Of a DNA stretch of 64,000 nucleotides, positions 49,476-59,020 are shown in pieces. The first letter of the stretch is position 1, and every line of letters starts with the position of its first letter. The notes under the pieces were generated by a model. It saw nothing but the letters and a program-made list of their open reading frames with translations. It ran no database searches and was not told where the DNA came from. Source of the stretch: an uncultured virus (IMG/VR IMGVR_UViG_3300027582_000004) (lineage: Duplodnaviria; Heunggongvirae; Uroviricota; Caudoviricetes); IMG/VR virus record IMGVR_UViG_3300027582_000004; one strand, written 5' to 3'. The position numbers were made by a program, and so were the translations under genes.

Positions 49476-49645
49476 TGACTGAAGCAGTAATGAAATATGC
49501 CTTCGCACCGGTAGGTGGACTCTTTAGTGGATTTAATAGCTTCTTTCTATCACTAGGAAAAGCAAGAGCAGCATCTGAGCTTCATAGAATGGGTTACCAT
49601 GAAGAAGCAAAGTATCTAATGCTGACTGATAATAAAGACTTGTGA
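49475..49645 (+). CDS. Small hypothetical protein, 56 aa (not in ORF track)
   Basis: AGGAG RBS; TAATG coupling; MTEAVMKYAFAP...LTDNKDL. Confidence 0.6.
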   Translation: MTEAVMKYAFAPVGGLFSGFNSFFLSLGKARAASELHRMGYHEEAKYLMLTDNKDL

Positions 49646-49661
49646 ATAAAAATAAAAGATT

Positions 49662-49701
49662 AAAAAAGGGGGTTTACAGATCCCCTTTTTTGGTATATAA
49701 T
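49662..49701 (+). terminator. Terminator-like hairpin overlapping the sigma70 promoter of gp43
   Basis: AAAAAAGGGG-gtttacagat-CCCCTTTTTT; TTTACA 49673-49678 lies in the loop and TATAAT at 49696-49701 (17-nt spacer). Confidence 0.7.
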
Positions 49702-49727
49702 ACCAACATATATTATGGAGATACTCA

Positions 49728-52220
49728 TTGTCATTCTACACTTCTGTTAATCGTTACGGCAACTCTTTACTTTATCGTGGATATAATGACACTGGTCATG
49801 CAATAAGTAAACGTATTAAATACGAACCAACATTATATTTGCCTTCTAAGGAATCTGACACAAAATATACTGGTCTTGATGGATCACCTCTTAAAGCCAT
49901 GAAGTTTGGCAAGATGTCAGAGGCAAAAGAATTTATTGATATGTACAAAGAAGTGCCAGGATTTAAAATCTATGGTAATACTAACTATGTACAACAATTC
50001 ATAGAAGAAAGATTTCCAGACAACATCAAGTTTAATCCTAGCCACGTTAATGTGGTTAACTTTGATATTGAGGTTGCTTCTGATGAAGGCTTCCCTCGCC
50101 CAGAGGAAGCTGCATATCCTGTAATCTCTATTGCTCTCAAGTCAAGTCTATCTGGTGTCTACCAAGTGTGGGGTCTTGATGACTATGACTTTGAGAAAAC
50201 AGAACTTGATATGGGCGATGATCTCATCCAGTACCACCGCTGTTCGTCAGAGGAAGAATTACTGGCTAAGTTTCTAGGCTATTGGCATAAGAATTGTCCA
50301 GACATTATTACTGGTTGGAATATACGTTTCTTTGACGTTCCGTATCTGGTGAATCGCATTGCGAGAGTAGGTAGTGCCGAGGCAGTAAAAAGACTAAGCC
50401 CATGGAATTTAGTGAACGAGAGAAATGTCACCGTCATGGGTAGACCTCAGCAAGGCTTTGAAATTGTTGGTATCCAGCAAGCTGATTATATTGAATTGTT
50501 TAAGAAGTTTGGTTATGCATATGGCACACAAGAATCATATAAACTAGACCATGTTGCCAATACTGTACTCGGCGAGAAGAAATTATCATATGAAGAATTT
50601 GGTAATCTGTTTACTTTGTACGAACGTGATCACCAGAAGTTTATTGACTATAATATTAAAGATGTTCAGCTAGTACAACGTATCGATGATAAGATGGGGT
50701 TGATCGAACTCTGTATGACTATGCAATATAAAGGTGGTGTTAACTTATCAGATACCTTTGGTACTACTGCGATATGGGATTCAATCATCTGTCGAGAGTT
50801 GGCTCAGAGCAACATTATCATTCCGCCATCTAACCAGAATATTAAACAACCTTATCCTGGTGGTTATGTTAAAGATCCAGATATTGGTTTCCACGAGTGG
50901 GTGGTTTCTTTTGACTTAAACTCACTATATCCAAATCTTATTGTCCAATATAATATGTCACCAGAGACACTTATGCCAGGTTTAACAACTCAGGGTGTCG
51001 AACATTATCTACATGGACCAGCTACTGATGATGAACATTGTGTAGCCGCCAACGGTGCTAGGTTCTCCAAGTCTAAACAAGGTGTATTGCCTAAGATTAT
51101 TATTGACTATGGTAATGAGCGTAAGGCTGTTAAGAAAGAAATGCTCAAGACAAAGCAAGCCTATGAAAAGGCACCTACTTATGAGCTTGAGAAAAAGATT
51201 AACCAACTTGAGAATAGACAGATGTCTGTTAAGATCCTACTCAATTCTCTTTATGGCGCATTAGGCAATAAACACTTTAGATACTTTGATATGAGAATGG
51301 CTGAGGGTATCACACTATCTGGCCAGTTGTCTATCTTGTGGGCTGAGAAAGCAATCAACCAAGAGATGAACAAGATACTTAAATCTGATGATAAAGATTA
51401 TGTGATTGCAATCGATACAGATTCACTTTATATTAATATGGCACCTATTGTAGATCAACTTAAACCTACAGATCCAGTCAAGGCTCTGGATAAGATATGT
51501 GCACAACACTTTGAGTCTGTCCTAGAGAAATCATATGCTGATTTGTTTACTAAGATGAATTGCTTTGATAATCGTATGGTAATGGAGCGAGAAGTGATTG
51601 CTGATCGTGGTATATGGACTGCTAAGAAAAGATACATCTTAAACGTACATAACTCAGAGGGTGTGCAGTATGACGAGCCTAAACTCAAGATCATGGGTAT
51701 TGAGGCTATTAAGTCATCCACCCCTATGGTTGTAAGAGATAAGTTTAAAGAAATATTCTATATTATTATTGATGGTGACGAACGTAAGGTGCAGAAGTAT
51801 ATCGAAGACTTCCGCAATCACTTTAAAACTTTACCAGTTGAGCAAGTATCCTTTCCACGTGGTGTGTCTAATATTACTAACTGGCATGACAATCAGAAGA
51901 TATACAAAAAAGGCACACCAATTCATGTTCGTGGTTGCTTGCTATATAATCATACGATTAAAGGATTATCTCTTGATAAAAGATATGGCTTAGTTCAGAA
52001 TGGAGAAAAGATTAAATTCTGTTATCTAAAATTGCCTAACCCTATTAAAGAGAATGTAATTGCATTCCCAGATTATCTACCTGAAGAGACAACCCTACAT
52101 AAATATGTTGACTATGATAAACAATTTCAGAAAACATTTATCGACCCAATTACACCAATTCTGGAAGCTATTGGTTGGTCAGCAGAGGATCAAATGACTT
52201 TGGAGGACTTTTTTGTATGA
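49728..52220 (+). CDS. gp43: Family B DNA polymerase gp43 (TTG start)
   Basis: FDIEV exonuclease I; SFDLNSLYP; KILLNSLYG; IDTDS; KKRY. Confidence 0.97.
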   Translation: MSFYTSVNRYGNSLLYRGYNDTGHAISKRIKYEPTLYLPSKESDTKYTGLDGSPLKAMKFGKMSEAKEFIDMYKEVPGFKIYGNTNYVQQFIEERFPDNIKFNPSHVNVVNFDIEVASDEGFPRPEEAAYPVISIALKSSLSGVYQVWGLDDYDFEKTELDMGDDLIQYHRCSSEEELLAKFLGYWHKNCPDIITGWNIRFFDVPYLVNRIARVGSAEAVKRLSPWNLVNERNVTVMGRPQQGFEIVGIQQADYIELFKKFGYAYGTQESYKLDHVANTVLGEKKLSYEEFGNLFTLYERDHQKFIDYNIKDVQLVQRIDDKMGLIELCMTMQYKGGVNLSDTFGTTAIWDSIICRELAQSNIIIPPSNQNIKQPYPGGYVKDPDIGFHEWVVSFDLNSLYPNLIVQYNMSPETLMPGLTTQGVEHYLHGPATDDEHCVAANGARFSKSKQGVLPKIIIDYGNERKAVKKEMLKTKQAYEKAPTYELEKKINQLENRQMSVKILLNSLYGALGNKHFRYFDMRMAEGITLSGQLSILWAEKAINQEMNKILKSDDKDYVIAIDTDSLYINMAPIVDQLKPTDPVKALDKICAQHFESVLEKSYADLFTKMNCFDNRMVMEREVIADRGIWTAKKRYILNVHNSEGVQYDEPKLKIMGIEAIKSSTPMVVRDKFKEIFYIIIDGDERKVQKYIEDFRNHFKTLPVEQVSFPRGVSNITNWHDNQKIYKKGTPIHVRGCLLYNHTIKGLSLDKRYGLVQNGEKIKFCYLKLPNPIKENVIAFPDYLPEETTLHKYVDYDKQFQKTFIDPITPILEAIGWSAEDQMTLEDFFV

Positions 52221-52900
52221 ACTATGTATTTGATGTTGACGGAACTCTAACGCCTAGCCGTGGAGAAATGGATAAAGAGTTTGCAAATTGGATGGAGCAC
52301 TTTACAACTCACAATGCTTGCTATCTGGTGACTGGTAGTGATCGTGTAAAAACTAGGGAACAAGTACCTGCAAGTGTTTATGATTCTTGTATGAAAGTAT
52401 TCCAATGTTCAGGTAATCATATCTTTGAACAGAATAGAGAAATTCATAAAGACGAATGGGTATTATCTCATAAACAAAATCTTTTCTTATTAGATAAGTT
52501 GCATTCATCTCAATACGGAATAAGAACAGGGCAGCACTTTGATCATAGACCTGGATTATGCAACTTCAGTGTTGTAGGTAGAAATGCTGGTCCATATCAA
52601 AGACAAGATTATATTTGGTTTGATGAAATATTTGAAGAGCGCTCTAATATTGCAAAGGAGTTTAATAAGAAGTTTGGTAAGGAAGTGCGAGCTACTGTAG
52701 CTGGAGAAACTGGTCTTGACATCACTCCAGTGGGTAAAGGTAAAGCACAGATCCTTAAATGGTTAAAAGGTCCTATCACATTTTTTGGTGATAAGACTAT
52801 GGAAGGTGGCAATGATTATGATCTTGCTGCAGCACTAGAATTTAAAAATGTAAATCAAGTAGATGATTGGAGACACACTTGGAAAATCTTGTCGAATTAA
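52217..52900 (+). CDS. HAD-IIB phosphomannomutase-like protein (Sec53/PMM type)
   Basis: FDVDGTLT; VTGSD; NFSVVGRNA; GK; FFGDK...GGNDY. Confidence 0.75.
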   Translation: MNYVFDVDGTLTPSRGEMDKEFANWMEHFTTHNACYLVTGSDRVKTREQVPASVYDSCMKVFQCSGNHIFEQNREIHKDEWVLSHKQNLFLLDKLHSSQYGIRTGQHFDHRPGLCNFSVVGRNAGPYQRQDYIWFDEIFEERSNIAKEFNKKFGKEVRATVAGETGLDITPVGKGKAQILKWLKGPITFFGDKTMEGGNDYDLAAALEFKNVNQVDDWRHTWKILSN

Positions 52901-53178
52901 TTAAACAATGGCATCACGACCGCAATCTAATTGAGGGTTCTACTGATAAAGATCAGTACCTTAAACTTATACAAGAGGCTGGTGAACTATCAGATAGCAT
53001 CTGTAAGGGTAAGGATATCCGTGATGATATTGGTGATATGATGGTGGTTCTAATTAACATTATGGCTCGTAATGAGTTATCTATGGATGAATGTCTACAA
53101 GTAGCATATGATGATATCAAAGACCGTAAGGGTAAAATGATTGATGGCGTTTTTGTGAAAGAAAGTGATTTACAATAG
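52867..53178 (+). CDS. MazG-like NTP pyrophosphohydrolase
   Basis: KLIQEAGEL; DDIGDMMVVL; AYDDIKDRKG. Start uncertain. Confidence 0.75.
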   Translation: METHLENLVELIKQWHHDRNLIEGSTDKDQYLKLIQEAGELSDSICKGKDIRDDIGDMMVVLINIMARNELSMDECLQVAYDDIKDRKGKMIDGVFVKESDLQ

Positions 53179-53197
53179 GCGCTAAATATGTTATAAT
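53169..53197 (+). promoter_or_regulatory. Sigma70-type promoter
   Basis: TTTACA-N17-TATAAT. Confidence 0.7.
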
Positions 53198-53221
53198 GGT
53201 TTTATATATTATGGAGTACAC

Positions 53222-54163
53222 ATGACTAACTACAGCCAACCAAAATATCCAATCTATATTATCTCTAAAGGTAGGGCGGACTCTCGCCTTACTTCTAAGA
53301 CATTGGATGAATTAAATGTGCCGTATCATATTGTTATCGAAAAAGATGAGTATGATGCTTATGCAGAAAACATACACCCTAGCAAAATTCTTACATTGCC
53401 TGATGGATTCCGAGAGGATCCTGAACTAGCTCTTGGTGATGCTGCAGGGCGAGTTGGTGGTAGTATACCAGCAAGAAATTTTGTATGGCAGCATGCTATC
53501 TCAACTGGTGCTAAACGTCACTGGATTATGGATGATAACATTCGTCACTTCTATCGTGTACACCAGAATAAGAAAACTATTGTAACTAATGGTAATGTGA
53601 TCCGTGCTTGCGAAGAGTTTACTGATCGCTTTACTAATGTTGCAATGTCTGGTATGAATTATCAATACTTTGTGCCAGCATCTCAAAAGAAAAGACCTTA
53701 TACACTTAATACTAGGGTTTATTCTTGTATTCTACTGCGTAATGATCTACCGCACCGATGGCGTGGTAAATATAATGAAGACACAGATTTAAGTCTGCGT
53801 ATTCTAAAAGATGATCATTGCTCTATTCTTTTTAATGCATTTGTTTGTGGTAAGATGACTACCCTAGTTATGGGTGGTGGCAATACAGACAATGTTTATA
53901 TTGATGGTGATAATCGCCGTACCTTTGCAGAAGCACTTAAAGAACAACATCCGGATATTACAGAAGTTGTTTGGCGCTACAATCGTTGGCATCATCATGT
54001 AGATTATTCTGGCTTTTCTAAGAATAAACTTATATTTAGAGATGACTATGAAAAGAAAGCTGGAGTCAACGAGATGGGTATGGAAATGGTCAGACTTACT
54101 AAAGATCAACATATCAAACATAAAGAAACATTTGGAAATACAGAGGATAGATATTATGGCTAA
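53222..54163 (+). CDS. GT-A fold glycosyltransferase, TET/JBP-associated (GREB1-like) type
   Basis: PIYIISKGR; ARNF; HWIMDDNI; YSCIL; YNEDTDLSLR; GGNT. Confidence 0.65.
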   Translation: MTNYSQPKYPIYIISKGRADSRLTSKTLDELNVPYHIVIEKDEYDAYAENIHPSKILTLPDGFREDPELALGDAAGRVGGSIPARNFVWQHAISTGAKRHWIMDDNIRHFYRVHQNKKTIVTNGNVIRACEEFTDRFTNVAMSGMNYQYFVPASQKKRPYTLNTRVYSCILLRNDLPHRWRGKYNEDTDLSLRILKDDHCSILFNAFVCGKMTTLVMGGGNTDNVYIDGDNRRTFAEALKEQHPDITEVVWRYNRWHHHVDYSGFSKNKLIFRDDYEKKAGVNEMGMEMVRLTKDQHIKHKETFGNTEDRYYG

Positions 54164-54461
54164 ATCAACAGCATCAAGTTTATTTGTACTAGATGGTACA
54201 GAAGAAGAATGGAACGTACAACACTGGGAAGATATGCCAGCGTTTGACCAACCGGACCTAGACATCTATGGTTCTATGAACATTGCATTTAGAACAGAGC
54301 AAGACTTTATTAAATTTCGTCAACTGATTGAACAGCCTAGTATTTCTATTCGATCCCGTGGTGTCTATTATCCAGCTCGTGGCGAGAATGATGCCACCCT
54401 ATTGCGTTGGATGGATGAAGACACTACGGAGAAAGCAAATGTATCAACTGACGATATTTAA
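54156..54461 (+). CDS. Small protein adjacent to the glycosyltransferase
   Basis: GAGG RBS; WEDMPAFDQ.D...F....DF..F..LI. Confidence 0.6.
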   Translation: MAKSTASSLFVLDGTEEEWNVQHWEDMPAFDQPDLDIYGSMNIAFRTEQDFIKFRQLIEQPSISIRSRGVYYPARGENDATLLRWMDEDTTEKANVSTDDI

Positions 54462-55371
54462 AAGCCAGTTTGACAACAAGACACATCGTCAAATTGAAAT
54501 TCAAACCTGGGATCAGTTCAAGGATTTTTTGTTCAAGTTATCCCAAGCACCTAAGAAAGGTAAGAAAGATGCTGAGCTTATTTCACCAGCTGTATATACG
54601 GATGGTACTACAAGAGCCAACAAAAATGTATTACATTGGGCAAATTGGGCTGCTGTTGATGTTGATGATTATGTCTTCGAGGGGAATTTAGAAAATGTAT
54701 TACGTTCTCGTTTTGGTAAGTATAATTTTGTTTGTTATAGCACTGCTAGCAGCACGGACGATTTACCGAAGTTCAGACTTGTCTTTGACCTTGGCAGAAA
54801 GATTGTCGCAGAAAATATCAGAGGTTTCTGGCACGCCCTTAACAAAGAGCTTGGTGAAATTGGAGATTCGCAGACTAAAGACCTATCAAGGATGTATTAT
54901 ATCCCTGCAGATTATGCTGGTGCTAACAACTTTTTCTTTAGTAATACTGGCGATTGCCTTGATGTGGATGCCCTTATGGCTGCCCATCCCTATGACGATA
55001 GGCAACATTCCACTTCCTTTTTAGATAGATTGCCAGACGAGTTAAAAGAACAAGTCTTATTATATAAAAAGAATAAATTAAACAATCACGATTATAAATG
55101 GTCTGGTTATCGTGACTGTCCGTTCTGGCCAAAAGATTTGGCTGGTGAATATCTAACCATATCAGACACTGGTTGGTATTCTAAGATGTATGCTATTATG
55201 GTTAAGATAGCAGGCAACGCAACATACAGAGGCTATCCTATATCATCAACACAGATTGCTGAATTATGTAAACAGTTTGATGTAGAGAATGGTAACTGGT
55301 ATGAGAACCGCCCATTGGAGACTGAAGCCGATAGGGCCCTTGAGTATATTTACAGAAATGGAACACTATAA
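54439..55371 (+). CDS. Putative AEP/prim-pol type primase
   Basis: AAVDVDD (DxD); YSTASS...PKFRLV; D.QTKDLSRMYY.P; GGAG RBS before 54439. Confidence 0.6.
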   Translation: MYQLTIFKSQFDNKTHRQIEIQTWDQFKDFLFKLSQAPKKGKKDAELISPAVYTDGTTRANKNVLHWANWAAVDVDDYVFEGNLENVLRSRFGKYNFVCYSTASSTDDLPKFRLVFDLGRKIVAENIRGFWHALNKELGEIGDSQTKDLSRMYYIPADYAGANNFFFSNTGDCLDVDALMAAHPYDDRQHSTSFLDRLPDELKEQVLLYKKNKLNNHDYKWSGYRDCPFWPKDLAGEYLTISDTGWYSKMYAIMVKIAGNATYRGYPISSTQIAELCKQFDVENGNWYENRPLETEADRALEYIYRNGTL

Positions 55372-55508
55372 TGAAAGCACAAAGAATTGCTAAATCTCAA
55401 AAAGCACGTATCCGTCGTAAAAAATTAAAGGTTATTCTTGAAGAGAAGACCGAAAGATTGTATGCAAAAATGAGAAGGGCACGTAGGTCTCGATCATGCA
55501 AACAATAG
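55371..55508 (+). CDS. Very basic 45-aa protein (not in ORF track)
   Basis: TAATG coupling; MKAQRIAKSQKARIRRKKLK...RRARRSRSCKQ. Confidence 0.5.
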   Translation: MKAQRIAKSQKARIRRKKLKVILEEKTERLYAKMRRARRSRSCKQ

Positions 55509-55690
55509 TTTGGCTCACAATTTTATTGGCTCTTTGTACGATATCCATAACTTGGGCGTATCAAACATATCTAAATGGTATGACTCGTCATAAAAAATTA
55601 GAATATTCGGTAAAGGTTCTGGTTATATGTGTAAGCATATTCCAAGGCTTACTGGTGATATTACAAATCTTAGTATTAATGATAGTGTAA
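55496..55690 (+). CDS. Small membrane protein, 64 aa
   Basis: Two hydrophobic segments. Confidence 0.5.
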   Translation: MQTIVWLTILLALCTISITWAYQTYLNGMTRHKKLEYSVKVLVICVSIFQGLLVILQILVLMIV

Positions 55691-55719
55691 CATATTTGTT
55701 ACAATATCGCATTAAATAC

Positions 55720-55813
55720 AAAAAAAGTTAAAAAAAGTAAAAAAAACACTTTACATCTGTGTTTGTTTGTAGTATAAGAGTTATAGAAACAATAACTAAG
55801 GAATTATATTATG
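55720..55813 (+). promoter_or_regulatory. Early promoter cassette, copy 1
   Basis: A-tract UP element; TTTACA 55750-55755; N17; TATAAG 55773-55778; AAGGA RBS; near-identical to 63166-63257. Confidence 0.75.
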
Positions 55814-56173
55814 TCAAACTCAAACGTATTTTCATCAAACATGGAATTTTCAACTACTAAATTCGATAACTTCTATAAAGCTACTAACTCAATTTCACCT
55901 TGTTACTTAGAGCAAGTAGCATGTGTTGGTTGGGTTGCTTCTTATGAAGATCCTAAGTGGAAGCAAACAGGTCTATCATATGAAGATGCTGTTGCAGAAT
56001 TTGGTTTTAAGAATGTTAAAGCTAAACCTAATGGTTGTGTTAACGGAGATTGGTTAATCGAAGTTAAAGATGGCTTCACATCTGATGAAAAGGAATTCGA
56101 TACTCCTACACAAGCAATTGCTTGGTTAGAAACTAAGGTTCCTTTTTCAATGAAACTAGCAGAATTTATATAA
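55811..56173 (+). CDS. Hypothetical early protein, 120 aa
   Basis: Follows the promoter cassette and RBS. Confidence 0.7.
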   Translation: MSNSNVFSSNMEFSTTKFDNFYKATNSISPCYLEQVACVGWVASYEDPKWKQTGLSYEDAVAEFGFKNVKAKPNGCVNGDWLIEVKDGFTSDEKEFDTPTQAIAWLETKVPFSMKLAEFI

Positions 56174-56180
56174 TTCAACT

Positions 56181-56216
56181 GAGAGGGTTTACAAAGCCCT
56201 CTCTTTATGCTATAAT
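56181..56216 (+). terminator. Terminator-like hairpin overlapping a sigma70 promoter
   Basis: GAGAGGG-tttacaaag-CCCTCTC-TTT; TTTACA 56188-56193 in the loop, TATAAT 56211-56216. Confidence 0.65.
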
Positions 56217-56241
56217 GTTTACAAACTTGGAGATTTATATT

Positions 56242-56757
56242 ATGAGAAAACCTTCTATTGAAATTGCAATTAAAAAAGCTGGTACTTACCTTGGTTACTT
56301 TACAATTGCTGAGCACACCACAAACGTCAGCAATGATAAACCTTCTCGCACATTTGAGAAATTGGTTTTTACTAAAGCTGATGGTATGGAAACACGTGAC
56401 TATAAAGCAATGGGTGATATTGTATATGGTATGTATGTTAACGACAGCTTGGTCAAGATTGGTAAAGCTGGATCAACAAATGGTTGGGCTGGGCGTATCG
56501 GTACATATGGTGTCGATCCTAAAGGCGAAGCAACCAATCGTAAGATCATTACTCATCTAAAAGAAGATTTCACATATGAAACTCGTGTTGATGTTTATGG
56601 TATCTCAGTACCACGTGTACACTCAGAATACTTTTGCCCAGTAACTAATGGCACTGTATCTATTGATCTACCTCGTAATCATCAGGTAGAAACTCACTTA
56701 ACAGCAGAAGCAGAAGCTGAGGGTATCGACCTTATGTTCTGTACGCAGAAAGTTTAA
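56242..56757 (+). CDS. GIY-YIG-like endonuclease (T4 DenA/EndoII-like)
   Basis: IVYGMYVNDSLVKIGKAG...GRIGTY resembles the GIY-YIG N-terminal motif. Confidence 0.5.
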   Translation: MRKPSIEIAIKKAGTYLGYFTIAEHTTNVSNDKPSRTFEKLVFTKADGMETRDYKAMGDIVYGMYVNDSLVKIGKAGSTNGWAGRIGTYGVDPKGEATNRKIITHLKEDFTYETRVDVYGISVPRVHSEYFCPVTNGTVSIDLPRNHQVETHLTAEAEAEGIDLMFCTQKV

Positions 56758-56760
56758 ATT

Positions 56761-57153
56761 ATGACAAAAATAATATCACAATCAGCACCTCTATTCGATA
56801 ATGAAGAAGAAACTGTCGTATGGGATTCAGCTAACACACCTGACTGTTGTAACTGCAAAAGTTATAAAAGAGGTGGTAGGGAAGAAGCCATTGGTGTTCG
56901 TAAAGCTGAACTTCATGTATCAATTGAAGATGCTTTAAAAATGAAAAAGCGCAAACATGCATTTAAAAGAATTAAAAATGTTGATGATGAGACATGGGAG
57001 AGAATGAAAAAAAGTGGGCCTAGACCTCCGGAACTCGACCGTCGTGAAATATATTGTTGCATTGTTTGTGTTAATGCCTTTTATGGAGGAAAAAGAATTG
57101 AGAAAGAAAAGCATCAATGGGAAGCTGAAGGCGCACTTACTCTTGGTCAGTAG
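56761..57153 (+). CDS. Hypothetical Cys-containing protein, 130 aa
   Basis: CCNC and CCIVC motifs; possible Zn binding. Confidence 0.55.
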   Translation: MTKIISQSAPLFDNEEETVVWDSANTPDCCNCKSYKRGGREEAIGVRKAELHVSIEDALKMKKRKHAFKRIKNVDDETWERMKKSGPRPPELDRREIYCCIVCVNAFYGGKRIEKEKHQWEAEGALTLGQ

Positions 57154-57199
57154 AAATTTTGATTGCGCTATATACAGTGCGTACTAAGAAAGGTAAAAT

Positions 57200-58024
57200 A
57201 TGAAAAAGATTGCTATCGTTGGTCATGGCTATGTCGGTAAGGCATGCGAATATGGCTTTAATACTAAAAAGAATAAGATCCAGTTGATTGATCCATTTCT
57301 ATATAATAATTCTGTTGACGATATGACTGATGTCGATGTGTCATTTGTCTGTGTTCCCACACCGTTTGGTGATGATGGTCAGATAGATGCCTCCATTGTT
57401 GTTGATGTCACAAACAAACTTATTGAGAAAACTACTGGTTTGATTGTAATTAAGTCAACAGTTATCCCTAGTATTGTAAAAGAACTAAGCACTAAGAATA
57501 GCCGAGTGATTTACAATCCAGAATTTCTAACTGAGCGTAATGCTCTTGAAGATTTTGTAAACCCACCTATGCATATATTTGGTGGTGAAGGTAAGTCTGT
57601 AGACACCCTTGAGAATTTATATAATAAGTTCAGTCGTTGTAAGCCAGCCCCTGTATATAAGATGGCTGCACAAGATGCCGCTTTTGTAAAGTATGGCATT
57701 AATAGTTTTCTTGCCACTAAAGTTATGTGGTTCAATCAATATAAGGAGTTAATTGATAGTCATGGAGCCGATTACGATAATATTATTACTGCTGTTGGCA
57801 CTGATCCCAGGATTAGTCACAGTCATACTCAGGTTCCTGGTCCTGATGGTCGCAGTGGTTTTGGTGGTGCTTGTTTCCCCAAAGACACAAATGCTTTATC
57901 TTCATTTGCTGGAGCAGATCACCTCTCTATTCTAAAGTTAGTTATTGCAGAGAACAATAGTGTGCGTTCTCAATATGAATTAGACGCCAGAGAAAAAGAG
58001 CAGAATGTTGTTTACATATCTTAA
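57200..58024 (+). CDS. UDP-glucose/GDP-mannose 6-dehydrogenase family protein (short form)
   Basis: GHGYVG; CVPTP; IKST; NPEFL; GFGGACFPKD. Confidence 0.88.
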   Translation: MKKIAIVGHGYVGKACEYGFNTKKNKIQLIDPFLYNNSVDDMTDVDVSFVCVPTPFGDDGQIDASIVVDVTNKLIEKTTGLIVIKSTVIPSIVKELSTKNSRVIYNPEFLTERNALEDFVNPPMHIFGGEGKSVDTLENLYNKFSRCKPAPVYKMAAQDAAFVKYGINSFLATKVMWFNQYKELIDSHGADYDNIITAVGTDPRISHSHTQVPGPDGRSGFGGACFPKDTNALSSFAGADHLSILKLVIAENNSVRSQYELDAREKEQNVVYIS

Positions 58025-58039
58025 TTGGTGTGTTATAAT
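58011..58039 (+). promoter_or_regulatory. Sigma70-type promoter
   Basis: TTTACA-N17-TATAAT. Confidence 0.7.
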
Positions 58040-58060
58040 ACAATATATAAGGAGAATTAA

Positions 58061-59020
58061 ATGGCACATGTAATGATTACTGGTTGCGCTGGGTTTATTG
58101 GTTATCACCTAGCACAATCTCTACAAGATGACGGACACACGGTGTCTGGCTTTGATAACTTTAACCACTATTATGATGTTAGTCTAAAAAATGCTAGGGC
58201 AAACAATTTGCGTGAACGTAGTATTGAAGTATCATATGTTGATCTAAAAGACTTAACTGGTCTTACTGAATTTATGAAACGACATAAACCAGATATTGTA
58301 ATGCATCTTGCAGCATATGCCGGTGTACGACACTCGTTAGAAGAACCACAAACATACATTGATAATAATGTGACTGGTACTCAAAATCTAATCGAAGCTT
58401 GTAACGCCGCTGGTGTTGATCAAGTTGTTTATGCTTCTACATCATGCACTATGGCTGGTAATGAACTACCATGGAAAGAAGACGAGAAATGTGGTTATCA
58501 ATTAAACCCATATGGCTTTACTAAGTTTACTAACGAGTCACAGTTTATGTCTAGTTCAATTACCAAGACAGTTGGTCTTCGCTTCTTTACTGTTTATGGT
58601 CCATGGGGTCGCCCTGATATGGCACTATTTGACTTTACTAAAAATATTGTGGCTGGTGAGCCTATTCAACTATTTAACTATGGTGATATGATCCGTGACT
58701 TTACATATGTTGATGATATTGTACAAGGCATTAAGATTGTTCTTGAAGATACTCAAAAACGTAATGGTGACAAATATGATACTATCTTTAATATTGGTTA
58801 TGGTGAACAAGTCAAGCTTGTTGATTTTGTAGATCATATCGAAACCAATCTTGGTCGTGAAGCTATCCGTGATCTAGTGCCTATGCACCCTGCAGATACA
58901 CATGCCACTTGGTCTGATACTACTAAACTGCAAGCACTTGGTTATAAACCAACTACACCTATTGATGTTGGTGTAGAAAACTTTGTAAGTTGGTATAAGG
59001 AGTATTATAATGTCAACTAA
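58061..59020 (+). CDS. NAD-dependent epimerase (UDP-glucuronate 4-epimerase-like)
   Basis: TGCAGFIG; HLAAYAGVRHS; YGFTK; RFFTVYGPWGRPDMA; RDFTYVDDI. Confidence 0.88.
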   Translation: MAHVMITGCAGFIGYHLAQSLQDDGHTVSGFDNFNHYYDVSLKNARANNLRERSIEVSYVDLKDLTGLTEFMKRHKPDIVMHLAAYAGVRHSLEEPQTYIDNNVTGTQNLIEACNAAGVDQVVYASTSCTMAGNELPWKEDEKCGYQLNPYGFTKFTNESQFMSSSITKTVGLRFFTVYGPWGRPDMALFDFTKNIVAGEPIQLFNYGDMIRDFTYVDDIVQGIKIVLEDTQKRNGDKYDTIFNIGYGEQVKLVDFVDHIETNLGREAIRDLVPMHPADTHATWSDTTKLQALGYKPTTPIDVGVENFVSWYKEYYNVN

